Notes: generated from the sequence alone by a model not told the origin. Numbered from the stretch's first letter, positions 18,882 through 27,444 are shown. The stretch is 64,000 bases of DNA from Patescibacteria group bacterium (GCA_016861245.1 BOKZ01000001.1:415746-479745); one strand, 5' to 3'. Numbers and translations are program-made.

Positions 18882-19546
18882 TGGCGGTTACCCAAAGAGT
18901 TAGGGTAGTAGTGGGAGTAGCTCTTGCAGTAGCTGGTTTTCTATTTCTCTTTTTCAGTACGAGAAATGCAGCACAACTAACAACACAAGCACAAACCGGA
19001 CAAAATTATACCAGCACATGGGAGGCAACTAAACTCATAACTGTTGACTCGGCAGGTGGCTGGAATAACGTCGGTATTTTGCGAAACGTGCCAATTGGCG
19101 TAGCTGAGTGGCAAGTTGACGCCCGGGCTGCTATTGGCGGCGCACAGTTATTTACAGAGACTTGGAGGACACCAACTTCTTCTGAGATCGTATATAACCC
19201 AGCCGATCAGACACTGACCGGCAGCGGTTTTAATAGTGCCGACTGGATCTTTGCAAATCATATTGGGATATTCGGGGACACGCCTGATGGCGGTAGAGTT
19301 CGATATAAATTTCAGTCACCAAGTGTCTTAAACCCTGGCTACAAGTACACCAAAGATAATGCAAAAGTCGGAGGAAATGCTATCCAGTGTAGGAGTAATT
19401 CAGACTCGAATTGCCTGATGCCAAGAGGATCATACGGGTGGGAAGTATATCACGCGTTAGGAAACCTTGGATCTGATCGAGGCCGAATTAGCGCCTCTGG
19501 TTTGATGATGCCAGCCAAGTGGATTATCACAGGCACAATTTACTAG
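18881..19546 (+). CDS. Secreted protein, paralog C (tandem duplicate of B).
   Basis: 221 aa. The ATG overlaps the stop of paralog B. Long stretches are identical to B at the nucleotide level. Confidence 0.5.
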   Translation: MAVTQRVRVVVGVALAVAGFLFLFFSTRNAAQLTTQAQTGQNYTSTWEATKLITVDSAGGWNNVGILRNVPIGVAEWQVDARAAIGGAQLFTETWRTPTSSEIVYNPADQTLTGSGFNSADWIFANHIGIFGDTPDGGRVRYKFQSPSVLNPGYKYTKDNAKVGGNAIQCRSNSDSNCLMPRGSYGWEVYHALGNLGSDRGRISASGLMMPAKWIITGTIY

Positions 19547-19552
19547 AGACAG

Positions 19553-19858
19553 ATGAAGGTGCGTAAGATTATTTTAATTATTGTCGACAATTTTTTGGCA
19601 ATTGGTTTGTTCATTTTCGCGGTTGGTGTTTTGTCGTATTACAACAGTTCAAGACAAAACGCTGTTAGCTCGTTGCCAGTAAAGACTTCACTAACTGAAC
19701 GTGATATCGCCATTACTGAGGCAGTTAAAAACGGTAAGAAAGAATACACTTTTACGACCCGTTTTATACCTGGTGTTGGTGTAATAACAGACCCCGAAGC
19801 GTATAAGAAGGAATGGGAGCAGCAGCTCCAGGAAGACAGTAACAAAAAAGCGCCGTAG
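19553..19858 (+). CDS. Small membrane-anchored protein (hypothetical).
   Basis: 101 aa, one N-terminal TM helix, followed by a strong terminator. Confidence 0.3.
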   Translation: MKVRKIILIIVDNFLAIGLFIFAVGVLSYYNSSRQNAVSSLPVKTSLTERDIAITEAVKNGKKEYTFTTRFIPGVGVITDPEAYKKEWEQQLQEDSNKKAP

Positions 19859-19872
19859 TGGCGCTTTTTTGT
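19844..19872. terminator. Bidirectional rho-independent terminator (AAAAAAGCGCC-GTAGT-GGCGCTTTTTT).
   Basis: Perfect 5-bp GC stem, 5-nt loop, flanked by an A-run and a T-run. It lies between convergent genes. Confidence 0.7.
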
Positions 19873-19881
19873 TGCGAGTAA

Positions 19882-20580
19882 TTAAGCCCGCCTTACTTCG
19901 ATCTTTTTTACTTTCGGTTTTGTTGGCTCTATTTTTGGAGCGATGATTTTCAGCGTACCGTTCTCCATCTTCGCCTCGACTTTATCTTCTTTGATCGGGT
20001 GGGTAAAGCGGATAGAGCGTCTGAATTGGCTGTGTTGCCATTCGCGTCGAACAACATCTCTACCCTCTTTTTTCTCTTCTTCTTTGGCGCCGGAGACTGT
20101 TAGGGTGTTCTCGGTCATCTCGATCGTAACTTCCTTTTCCGTGTAGCCCGGAACCTGGAACTCGATCTCGTACTCTTTTTCGCTCTCGTGAATGTTCATC
20201 GCGCCCGTCGTTGCTTGTAGAGCGCTAGACCAATCTCCACGACCGAACGTTCGTTCGATCATGCTATTCATCTCTTCCTGCATATGATCGATCGCTTGAA
20301 ACGGATTCCATGGCGTTAGTTGCATCTGCTTTTCACCCCCTTTCTCGATTTGGCTTACAAGTTGTTGATTATTTTTCGGTGAGACGCCGTCGATCAGCTG
20401 GTCGATCGGACAGTCGAAAAATTCAATCAGCGAGATCAGCACCGGCATACTCGGTAGATACTCGCCGCGCTCGAGTGAGATAATCGACTGTCGCGATACC
20501 TGAAGTGCTCGAGCCAATTCTTCTTGGCTCAAGTCGTTCGCCTGCCGCAGCTCTCGAAGTAGTAACCGAAATTTTGTCAT
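19882..20580 (-). CDS. Fusion protein: N-terminal XRE-family HTH DNA-binding domain plus C-terminal Hsp20/alpha-crystallin domain. The likely start is MTKFRLLL at 20580, not the ORF-track 20622.
   Basis: The HTH is LRELRQANDLSQEELARALQVSRQSIISLERGEYLPSMPVLISLIEFF. The ACD-like beta-sandwich has the pattern W.P......MQEEM...... / EYEIEFQVPGYTKEEVTIEM.ENTLTVSGAKEEEKKE...REWQHSQFRRSIRF...V..DKVEAKMENGTLKII.PK. Confidence 0.6.
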   Translation of the reverse strand: MTKFRLLLRELRQANDLSQEELARALQVSRQSIISLERGEYLPSMPVLISLIEFFDCPIDQLIDGVSPKNNQQLVSQIEKGGEKQMQLTPWNPFQAIDHMQEEMNSMIERTFGRGDWSSALQATTGAMNIHESEKEYEIEFQVPGYTEKEVTIEMTENTLTVSGAKEEEKKEGRDVVRREWQHSQFRRSIRFTHPIKEDKVEAKMENGTLKIIAPKIEPTKPKVKKIEVRRA

Positions 20581-20595
20581 CGTTTCTACGAATAA

Positions 20596-20613
20596 TGTAA
20601 AGTAAACTTTACA
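20596..20613. promoter_or_regulatory. Perfect palindrome TGTAAAG-TAAA-CTTTACA, 16 nt upstream of the XRE-Hsp20 start. Candidate autoregulatory operator.
   Basis: 7-bp perfect inverted arms with a 4-nt spacer, positioned in the leader of the HTH gene. Confidence 0.45.
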
Positions 20614-20690
20614 CAGCGTCAAGATAAGAACTCCCCAAGCTTGTCTAATTGTTGTTGATTAGCTAGCATTAAGAAAATGCGAGGGGGAAA

Positions 20691-21548
20691 CTGAATAATA
20701 AACTAATATTACCGATCACTGCCGTAGCGGTAGCAGTTGCGATAATCGTTTTTGTATTCTCCTCAATGAGGATCTTCCGAGCAGAAGTGGCAAATGAGCC
20801 CGGTGGTGAGGGGCAAACAACACAAGGTACCGGTACAGGTAGCGGATCAACGAGCAACAGCAATACAACCACAACCGAGCCGTGTGTGGTTGCAGTTGAA
20901 GGAGAGGAATCACCAGATCCAAACTGCGGCACCACTACCAATAACAATACTGGCAACACCGGTAACACGAGTAATAACACAACCAGCAATAGCACGAGCA
21001 ACTCAACTACCAACTCAAATACGAACAGTAACACTACTAACTCAACCACAGGTAATACTAGCGGCTCTACAACCGGCTCTGGTACGACAAATAATACACA
21101 GCCCGGCTCAACCGGAACAGGGAGCGGTAGTACTAACACTGGAACAGCTCCAAGCACGAACAGTACTAATCTTCAGCTCGGTGACACCACCGATACAGCT
21201 GGCGCGTCTAAACAAGAAACCACACTTGGCAGTGGAATTTTCAGCGCCACAAACGGCACGTTGTGGCCAATTCTACTCTTCCCGCTGTTGTTGCTCGATG
21301 TTTTAATTCTAATTCTAGTTGCTGATACGCGAAAACGCGTTAAGAAACTACAGGAATCTTCGACGACACTTCACGATATGAACGATCCAGCGCAGCCGAT
21401 TGCTCCTCAAGTTCCAGCGGCACCAGTCGCAGCTACGCAACCGTTAGAAGAAACGGTTGTACAAGATCCGCCAGCAACGTTAGTGGATGAGAATATGGTG
21501 TTAGGTAGTAATCAGCCGCCATCAACCCCACCGCCAAGCGTTCAGTAA
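20691..21548 (+). CDS. Ser/Thr/Asn/Gly-rich low-complexity surface protein with a C-terminal TM anchor. The start is uncertain and probably non-ATG, upstream of the ORF-track ATG at 20766.
   Basis: In-frame upstream sequence encodes a hydrophobic signal-like segment (KLILPITAVAVAVAIIVFVFSS) after a GAGGGGG RBS. The body is NTGNTSNNTTSNSTSN... repeats. The C-terminus is LWPILLFPLLLLDVLILILVA followed by KRVKK. Confidence 0.45.
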   Translation: MNNKLILPITAVAVAVAIIVFVFSSMRIFRAEVANEPGGEGQTTQGTGTGSGSTSNSNTTTTEPCVVAVEGEESPDPNCGTTTNNNTGNTGNTSNNTTSNSTSNSTTNSNTNSNTTNSTTGNTSGSTTGSGTTNNTQPGSTGTGSGSTNTGTAPSTNSTNLQLGDTTDTAGASKQETTLGSGIFSATNGTLWPILLFPLLLLDVLILILVADTRKRVKKLQESSTTLHDMNDPAQPIAPQVPAAPVAATQPLEETVVQDPPATLVDENMVLGSNQPPSTPPPSVQ

Positions 21549-21549
21549 T

Positions 21550-22764
21550 TTACTCGAACCGAAGCGCTTCAACTGGGTTCTTGCGAGCGGCGCGAATTGC
21601 TGGGAATAACCCAAAGACGATACCGGCAATCCCACCCATACTCAGAGCGATTCCAATAGTCTGTAGCGTAATTAAAGGTTCGAGCGGCGAGTATTTTGCT
21701 GCCAGTAGAGAGGTACCGTAGGCCATCAAAAGACCAATAACTGAGCCAATCACCGTTAGGAGCACCGCCTCAATCAAAAACTGGAGCAAAATTGCGCCTT
21801 CAGTGGCGCCGACAGCTTTACGGATACCGATCTCGCGAGTTCGCTCAGCAACGGTTACAAGCATGATATTTGAGATCCCGATTCCACCCACTAGCAGCGA
21901 GATTGAAGCGATACCAACCACCATATAGGCCAAGACGTCAGTAATCTGGTTAATCGTTTCGAGCAAATCAGTCGGTTTTAATACCGTAAAATCAGTGGAG
22001 CCGTGTTTGGCCGTAAGTAGATTCTTTACTTCCTCACGAGCCTCATCGACCTTGTTGATATCTTTTGCGTAAACAACTACTCGATTAACTTGTTCTGATT
22101 GATTGATCTCATTGGCAACGGTAACAGGTATTAGAAACATATCTCCGCTACTGGATGTTAGGTTTAGCTCTTGTTCGATCTCAAATATTCCGGTCAGCTT
22201 AAAATTATTAGCGCCAATTGATAATTCGTCGCCAATCGTCGCCCCAAGTTTTTCCGCGGCATTTTTTGAAATAACAATAACTTTTTCTTTTTTATCGACG
22301 TTTTCTTGGGAAATGCCTTCGCCCTCTTTTATAACAACGCTAAATAAATCGGCCGCTCCCGGTGTGATGCCAACAGGTAAACCGCTAATTTTTGTTGTGC
22401 CCTTAGAAACTAGGCCACCGATAAAAGTAGCGTAATCAACTGGCTGATCGATTAATTTTGCGTTCTGACTAAGATAAATAATGTCATCGACAAACAGCGT
22501 TGAAGGGGCAAAGTTTGCCGTTATATTAGGAGTGCCGTTCTCTGCTTCTTCACCGGGTAATATCATAATCGTTTTCGGTCCAAAATCTTCTACTGAACTC
22601 GTTATCTGTTTTTGGACGCCCTGAGCAGCAGCCAATAGGGTGACAACAGCGTATATCCCAATAATTACGCCAAGAATTGTAAGGAAACTTCGCAACCTAT
22701 TTGCCCAAATAGATTTAAGCGCAGAACGTAGACTATCAATTAGCATTTTTTCTATCCTCAACAA
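21550..22764 (-). CDS. ABC transporter permease, MacB/FtsX-like.
   Basis: 404 aa. N-terminal TM, large periplasmic domain, C-terminal FtsX-type 3-TM bundle. It overlaps the upstream ATPase gene. Confidence 0.7.
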   Translation of the reverse strand: MLRIEKMLIDSLRSALKSIWANRLRSFLTILGVIIGIYAVVTLLAAAQGVQKQITSSVEDFGPKTIMILPGEEAENGTPNITANFAPSTLFVDDIIYLSQNAKLIDQPVDYATFIGGLVSKGTTKISGLPVGITPGAADLFSVVIKEGEGISQENVDKKEKVIVISKNAAEKLGATIGDELSIGANNFKLTGIFEIEQELNLTSSSGDMFLIPVTVANEINQSEQVNRVVVYAKDINKVDEAREEVKNLLTAKHGSTDFTVLKPTDLLETINQITDVLAYMVVGIASISLLVGGIGISNIMLVTVAERTREIGIRKAVGATEGAILLQFLIEAVLLTVIGSVIGLLMAYGTSLLAAKYSPLEPLITLQTIGIALSMGGIAGIVFGLFPAIRAARKNPVEALRFE

Positions 22765-23407
22765 TTTTACCGTCTTTCATCGCAATAACCCTCGTTGCGT
22801 AATGGAGTAATTCGTTGTTGTGAGTAACCATTACTACTGTGGTTCCAATGCGATGAATCTCTTTAAATAAGTCCATAATCTCCAAACCTGTTTTCGTATC
22901 TAAGTTACCAGTTGGTTCGTCGGCTAGTATTATTTTTGGTTCGTTAACCAGCGCTCTAGCGATTGCTACGCGTTGCTGCTGACCACCACTTAACTGATTT
23001 GGCCGGCTTTTAAGTCTGTCTGATAATCCGACGCTAGCGAGTACTTCTCGTACTTTTTGATCGCGACTATCGCCCTTACGGTATTTAAGCGGCAACAATA
23101 CGTTATCGTACGCAGATGTTCTGGGTAGTAAGTTAAAAGACTGGAAAACAAAACCAAACACTTCGTTACGAAAGCGAGCACGCTGTTTATTTGAGAGGTC
23201 GTCAACGCGCTTTCCGTCGATCGTGTACTCGCCACCGTCAGGCGTATCGAGCAACCCTAAAATATTAAGCAGGGTTGATTTACCGCAGCCGCTCGGACCG
23301 ATAATGGCGATAAACTCGCCGCTGCCAATTTCAAGCGAAAGGTTATCAAGCGCGTGAATCGTCTCGCCCATTTTGTAATTCCTGGAGATGTTTTTCAGGC
23401 TCAGCAT
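22736..23407 (-). CDS. ABC transporter ATP-binding protein (MacB/LolD-type).
   Basis: Walker A GPSGCGKST, signature LSGGQQQRVAIARAL, Walker B ILADEPTGNLD. Confidence 0.8.
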   Translation of the reverse strand: MLSLKNISRNYKMGETIHALDNLSLEIGSGEFIAIIGPSGCGKSTLLNILGLLDTPDGGEYTIDGKRVDDLSNKQRARFRNEVFGFVFQSFNLLPRTSAYDNVLLPLKYRKGDSRDQKVREVLASVGLSDRLKSRPNQLSGGQQQRVAIARALVNEPKIILADEPTGNLDTKTGLEIMDLFKEIHRIGTTVVMVTHNNELLHYATRVIAMKDGKIVEDRKNAN

Positions 23408-23431
23408 TAACTAATAGTACCCTAAAACGGA

Positions 23432-23460
23432 TTGACTTTCGAGCTGTTATATGGTATAGA
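23432..23460 (+). promoter_or_regulatory. Candidate promoter for tmRNA (TTGACT-N17-TATAGA).
   Basis: -35 at 23432-23437 and -10 at 23455-23460. The tmRNA 5' G is at 23469. Confidence 0.45.
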
Positions 23461-23468
23461 TCATCTAC

Positions 23469-23850
23469 AGGGCCTGTCACGGCTTCGACGGGAACATTTA
23501 CAACTAAAGCACGCAAGCGGAGAGGACACGCCTTATCGTCCACAATTAACGTGCAAACGTTTTTGCAAAAGCTAAAGCTTCGATCGCGCAAGCTTTCGCG
23601 CCTAGCTTTGCTCCAGCAGTAGCGTAACGCTCACTGCCGTTTCAATAATCGATGCTACTACATTATTGAGGCGCTATATTTGTAGCTAGACGACGTCGCT
23701 GTGTCCGACGTTGTTCGAATCTCTACACTGCTCTATCGAAGTATTTCGTTTACTTCAAGCCTCGATAGCTAAGAAATTAAGTAAACTACGCTTGTAGACA
23801 CTTTAGTTGTTCGTTTTCGGACGCGGGTTCAACTCCCGCCAGGTCCACCA
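23469..23850 (+). ncRNA. ssrA: Transfer-messenger RNA (ssrA/tmRNA).
   Basis: The 5' end GGGCCTGTCACGGCTTCGACGGG matches the conserved tmRNA start (cf. GGGGCUG...UUCGACGGG). The 3' end is a tRNA-like T-arm and acceptor, GGACGCGGGTTCAACTCCCGCCAGGTCCACCA. The 5' and 3' ends pair as an acceptor stem. An internal Ala-rich tag ORF GCA AAC GTT...GTA GCG TAA (23553-23627) encodes ANVFAKAKASIAQAFAPSFAPAVA. Confidence 0.8.
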
Positions 23851-23851
23851 A

Positions 23852-23882
23852 GAAAAATCCACTGTATAGTGGATTTTTCTTT
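23852..23882 (+). terminator. Rho-independent terminator after tmRNA (AAAAATCCACT-GTAT-AGTGGATTTTT).
   Basis: 11-bp stem followed by a T-run. Confidence 0.6.
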
Positions 23883-23900
23883 ATAGCTGTAAATTTTTAG

Positions 23901-26900
23901 CTACTTATATACAGTCACGTTGGCCGATGTCCCCACATTTCCGGCTGCGTCGTAAGCTTTGACAATTAAGGTGTGTTGGCCTTTGGGGAACTTACGATGA
24001 TTCCAGTTCATCGTAAACGGTGAGGAGGTGGAGGTAGCTACTCTAGTACCGTTAACGTAGAGCTCGGTCTTGGTGACACCAACGTTGTCGGTAGCGTTAA
24101 CTTGAACCTTAACGGTTGAACCCTTGAGTGAGCTACCACTAGTTGGTGAGGTAATACTAACTGCCGGGGCGATCGTGTCTACTGGGTTTGGATCCGGTTC
24201 GGGTTCTGGCTCAGGGCTAGGATCTGGATCTGGCGCTGGAGAAACAGTAGTTCCAACTTGTCCCCAGCGGTCGATGGTTCCGTCCGGCCAGGTAACAACC
24301 AATTCAGTACCTTCTTCTACTAAGCTTGGTACCGCCATTCCCGGGATATAAGGATAGACAAACATTCGCATCTTCGGTTCAACCGATGTAACCGAATAGG
24401 TAAGTTGCTGGTGGATGCATGAGATCTCCTGGCAGAGTACAGCTGGGTCGTTGTTGGCAGACATTTGGTACGTATTCTCGTGGTCAGCGCTGTGGAAGAA
24501 CTTATTTAACTGAAACCCGCTCTTATTGGTACCGCTGCTCGACATATATAACAGTACACTCGGTCGGTTAGCGGCGCTGCCAACAGTCCAGCCGTTCGGT
24601 AGGGTCTTGTCGTAAAGATTCACCGTAACAGCGTCGGACGGGATAGTATCGAAGTTCGGATTAATTGTGCTGGTAGTAAATAACAACCGAGCGATTCGAA
24701 CGCCGGGCTCCATCCAACCGATGTTAAACGTATGATTGCCTGCTGCTAACGTTTCGGGGTTGTTTAGGATCTTTTGGTAATGGAAGTGTGCCTGGTCTGC
24801 GCTGGCTAACGCAAAGCTGGTATTATTGCCGCCGCCGTTAACACCTTTCGGTGCGGCGCCGTCAAACTTGAACGCGCGCGGACCGTAGTTAGCCGGATCG
24901 TAGTAATTTTTCTCAGCCATCAACCAAACGTTGTAATTGCCAGCTGTCGGCACACTAAACGCTACACTCATCTCGTTACTGCCGGCGCTGGTAACGTATT
25001 GCCCGTTGTAAAGCGGTCGTAAGTAAGCGGAATTCTGATTAACAGTCTCCAATTTGAACCCGGTCGGTAATAAGAATTTACTGTTATAAACGCGGGAGGT
25101 GTCGTCTTTTTTAATATCGTCATGTACGACTAGATACGGATTTGGCTGTCGGACAAAGTCGACGGTTCTAAAGGCTTTTTGAACTGGGTTGTACGAGCGT
25201 GAGTAAACGCCGTCGATAAGATCTGGGAACGTAACCCCAGCCCAATTACTTACATTAAATTTCGCAACCATATAGTCGTAGGCCTTTTTAGCGTCGCCAG
25301 TAACTGTAAAGAAATCTCGGTTTGACGTACTACTAGTGCTAAACCACGCGCTTGGTGTTGTGGAGAAATTAGCGATTCGCCCACAAGCCGGTGGCCAAGC
25401 TTGGCCTTTGCCGTCGATTTCAATATTGTTGTGGTCGCGTTGTAGTTTGCGACCGAACCCGCCTTCGTTAAACAAGATTGAGCCGTACGCTTGAAGATTA
25501 AAGCTGTTGCGATCGGCGTGGATATGGCCGATCTGGCAATTCCTCGATTCGCTATGAAACTCTAAATTAACAGCGTTAACGTTACCCCAGGCGGTCTTGG
25601 CAAACGCAAGACCGTTCTTAACTAGGTTAAACTGATTCGGAAGCCCGAGCGTTGTTGGATCGATACCGCTCGGCGGCGTTTCCGGCGCCCAGAGAACTTT
25701 ATCTAACTCGAGGAAAAAGTTATACGGGGTGAAGAAGCTCTTATTATCAGTAAGTTCTTGGTACACCCAGCGCATCGTTTGGTTAGTCGGAAAACGATTC
25801 ATCGCTGCTAAATAAGTCGCAACCGATCCCATACTGCCGTACGGGGTATCATCAAAGCTCGGCATCTCGCCGTTGGCCCATGGACGCATACTATACGCCC
25901 ACCATTTAATAATGTTCGGCCAGCCTTCGTGCGTCCAAACGTTCTGTCCGCGCAGATCCATCACGTCGTAAGCCTGAGCTAGGAATACTTGGTCGAGCGT
26001 CTCGTAGTGAACACCGCTGTAGTGAACGCTACCGCTGTCTGCCGGCGTTAAACCCTTCATCCGATCAAGGTAAGCGAGGATTGTTTTTGTAGAGTTAAGG
26101 GCGGTAACCTCAGCTATCGTGTCGTAACCCAGCTCACCTTCAAACGAGGCTGTGAGTATCCGGGCTGGTCCGTTATACGGACCGACGGCACCGACTAATA
26201 CCTCCGGGCTAAAGCCGTTCGCCCAGCCGTGACCGCCGGTCTCGGCTAGCAGTAAGTCGTGCATCAGGCCAACGATGCTTCTTGCCCATGTTCGGTACTG
26301 TTGCCGCTCTGTTTCACTTAAGTGAGAGTAGATCCAATCGTACGTGAGAGCGGCGCTCGGTGAGAGTCGCCACATGTCTGGTTTACTGGTGTTGCCCCAG
26401 TTTGGTGTAGGATCCCACTTTGTGTTCAAGTACGCCAAAAAGGTGTCTTTAGCTAGGGCAATCGAGTTCGCGTCGCCGTCGATAAGCGCCACAAACGCAG
26501 CGTTTGTTAAGCTCTTTTGGAGTTTCTCAATTCTCGAGCTCGTTAGTCGGGGATCAACCGTACCGCCATTTTGACCGAACTGTGCGTACGTCGGATTCGA
26601 TTTTAGCGCCGTAATCGTATCTTTTATTTCTTGATCCGTAGTAATGAGCGCGGCGTTAGTTTTCATCTCCTGATAATACGGAGCGATCGCAGGTTTTTGG
26701 ACGCGAGTTTTTAGTGTTGCCACCTTATCAGCTGTAAACATTACTCGTGGGTGCTCGCCGGCCGGAGAGGGAAAGGTGATAACAGTGGTCTCGGTAAATC
26801 CTTGGAACGACCGCTGATATAAGTAGTAGAAACCAGAGCTTATTAGTAATACGGCAATAACCCAATAAACAATCTTGGTAATTTGTTTTCGAGCGCTCGG

Positions 26901-26930
26901 TGGAACCGGCTTAGTCCCCTCGTTAAGCAT
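23901..26930 (-). CDS. Large membrane-anchored extracellular polysaccharide lyase-like enzyme (heparinase II/III or alginate-lyase-like fold) with a C-terminal Ig-like domain.
   Basis: 1009 aa. N-terminal TM (IVYWVIAVLLISSGFYYLY). Central region with His/Tyr-rich motifs (HSESRNCQIGHIHADRNSFNLQAYG) reminiscent of Hepar_II_III. A Pro/Asp/Glu linker (PAPDPDPSPEPEPEPDPNP). A C-terminal Big-like domain (VKVQVNATDNVGVTKTELYVNGTRV). Confidence 0.4.
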   Translation of the reverse strand: MLNEGTKPVPPSARKQITKIVYWVIAVLLISSGFYYLYQRSFQGFTETTVITFPSPAGEHPRVMFTADKVATLKTRVQKPAIAPYYQEMKTNAALITTDQEIKDTITALKSNPTYAQFGQNGGTVDPRLTSSRIEKLQKSLTNAAFVALIDGDANSIALAKDTFLAYLNTKWDPTPNWGNTSKPDMWRLSPSAALTYDWIYSHLSETERQQYRTWARSIVGLMHDLLLAETGGHGWANGFSPEVLVGAVGPYNGPARILTASFEGELGYDTIAEVTALNSTKTILAYLDRMKGLTPADSGSVHYSGVHYETLDQVFLAQAYDVMDLRGQNVWTHEGWPNIIKWWAYSMRPWANGEMPSFDDTPYGSMGSVATYLAAMNRFPTNQTMRWVYQELTDNKSFFTPYNFFLELDKVLWAPETPPSGIDPTTLGLPNQFNLVKNGLAFAKTAWGNVNAVNLEFHSESRNCQIGHIHADRNSFNLQAYGSILFNEGGFGRKLQRDHNNIEIDGKGQAWPPACGRIANFSTTPSAWFSTSSTSNRDFFTVTGDAKKAYDYMVAKFNVSNWAGVTFPDLIDGVYSRSYNPVQKAFRTVDFVRQPNPYLVVHDDIKKDDTSRVYNSKFLLPTGFKLETVNQNSAYLRPLYNGQYVTSAGSNEMSVAFSVPTAGNYNVWLMAEKNYYDPANYGPRAFKFDGAAPKGVNGGGNNTSFALASADQAHFHYQKILNNPETLAAGNHTFNIGWMEPGVRIARLLFTTSTINPNFDTIPSDAVTVNLYDKTLPNGWTVGSAANRPSVLLYMSSSGTNKSGFQLNKFFHSADHENTYQMSANNDPAVLCQEISCIHQQLTYSVTSVEPKMRMFVYPYIPGMAVPSLVEEGTELVVTWPDGTIDRWGQVGTTVSPAPDPDPSPEPEPEPDPNPVDTIAPAVSITSPTSGSSLKGSTVKVQVNATDNVGVTKTELYVNGTRVATSTSSPFTMNWNHRKFPKGQHTLIVKAYDAAGNVGTSANVTVYK

Positions 26931-27051
26931 TTACACAAGAATAGCAACTGTGAATGCGTTGTCAAAAATTACTCACTGAGTCTTGATCTCCTCTTCACGA
27001 AGCGATATAATTGTCGGTGCCCTTAACCCAAGTGGTTAAGAAGGAGTACCT

Positions 27052-27444
27052 ATGCTTGAGAATCCGATTACCATTGCCGTGCCCTCGCCGCGAGGCGATT
27101 GCCAGTTGATCGACGACGTTGTCGTCCAACTCGGCCAGCCCTGGAGAGGTCACATTCGTCAGTTTCAAGAGACCGAAGACGGTTTCGAGGGCGTCTTGTC
27201 GCTTGGCTGCGGGGATATCCCGGTCAGACTGAGCAGAAACACCCAACAAGGGGATATCGTCATCAAAGCTGAGCCCACTGGTAAGGTTGGCCAGCGATTC
27301 TCGGGGACTGGAGGCCTGTTTAGGGTGAACCCCTATAACGAATACGACAGCTCGACGCATCGAGGCGTCGTCAAGCTGGTGACGGGCTCGATCAACCACT
27401 ACCTGGAACAGCTGGCGCGACAGCGCAGCTACCAACCGAAGTAG
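27052..27444 (+). CDS. Hypothetical protein in a GC-rich (~65%) patch.
   Basis: 130 aa, with an AAGGAG RBS 7 nt upstream and a clean terminator downstream. Its composition is very different from the flanking DNA. Confidence 0.45.
   Translation: MLENPITIAVPSPRGDCQLIDDVVVQLGQPWRGHIRQFQETEDGFEGVLSLGCGDIPVRLSRNTQQGDIVIKAEPTGKVGQRFSGTGGLFRVNPYNEYDSSTHRGVVKLVTGSINHYLEQLARQRSYQPK

Noticed and set aside
20669-21157. 162-aa Leu/Val/Pro-rich ORF on the minus strand.
   Set aside because: It is the antisense mirror of the repetitive AAC/ACC/AGC-rich coding sequence of the Ser/Thr/Asn-rich surface protein. Low-complexity composition and no RBS.
20800-21200. Possible CRISPR or tandem-repeat array, suggested by short AAC/ACC/AGC periodic repeats.
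   Set aside because: The repeats are 3-nt-periodic and in-frame coding for NT/NS/GS tracts. There are no spacer-repeat units of 25-40 bp. No CRISPR array or cas genes were seen anywhere in the window.
23346-23591. 81-aa minus-strand ORF.
   Set aside because: It overlaps the tmRNA gene and its promoter. The tmRNA assignment is supported by conserved 5' and 3' tRNA-like ends.
26995-27435. 146-aa minus-strand ORF overlapping ORF 27052-27444.
   Set aside because: The plus-strand ORF has an AAGGAG RBS at correct spacing and a downstream terminator oriented for the plus strand. The minus ORF is most likely a GC-rich antisense artefact.
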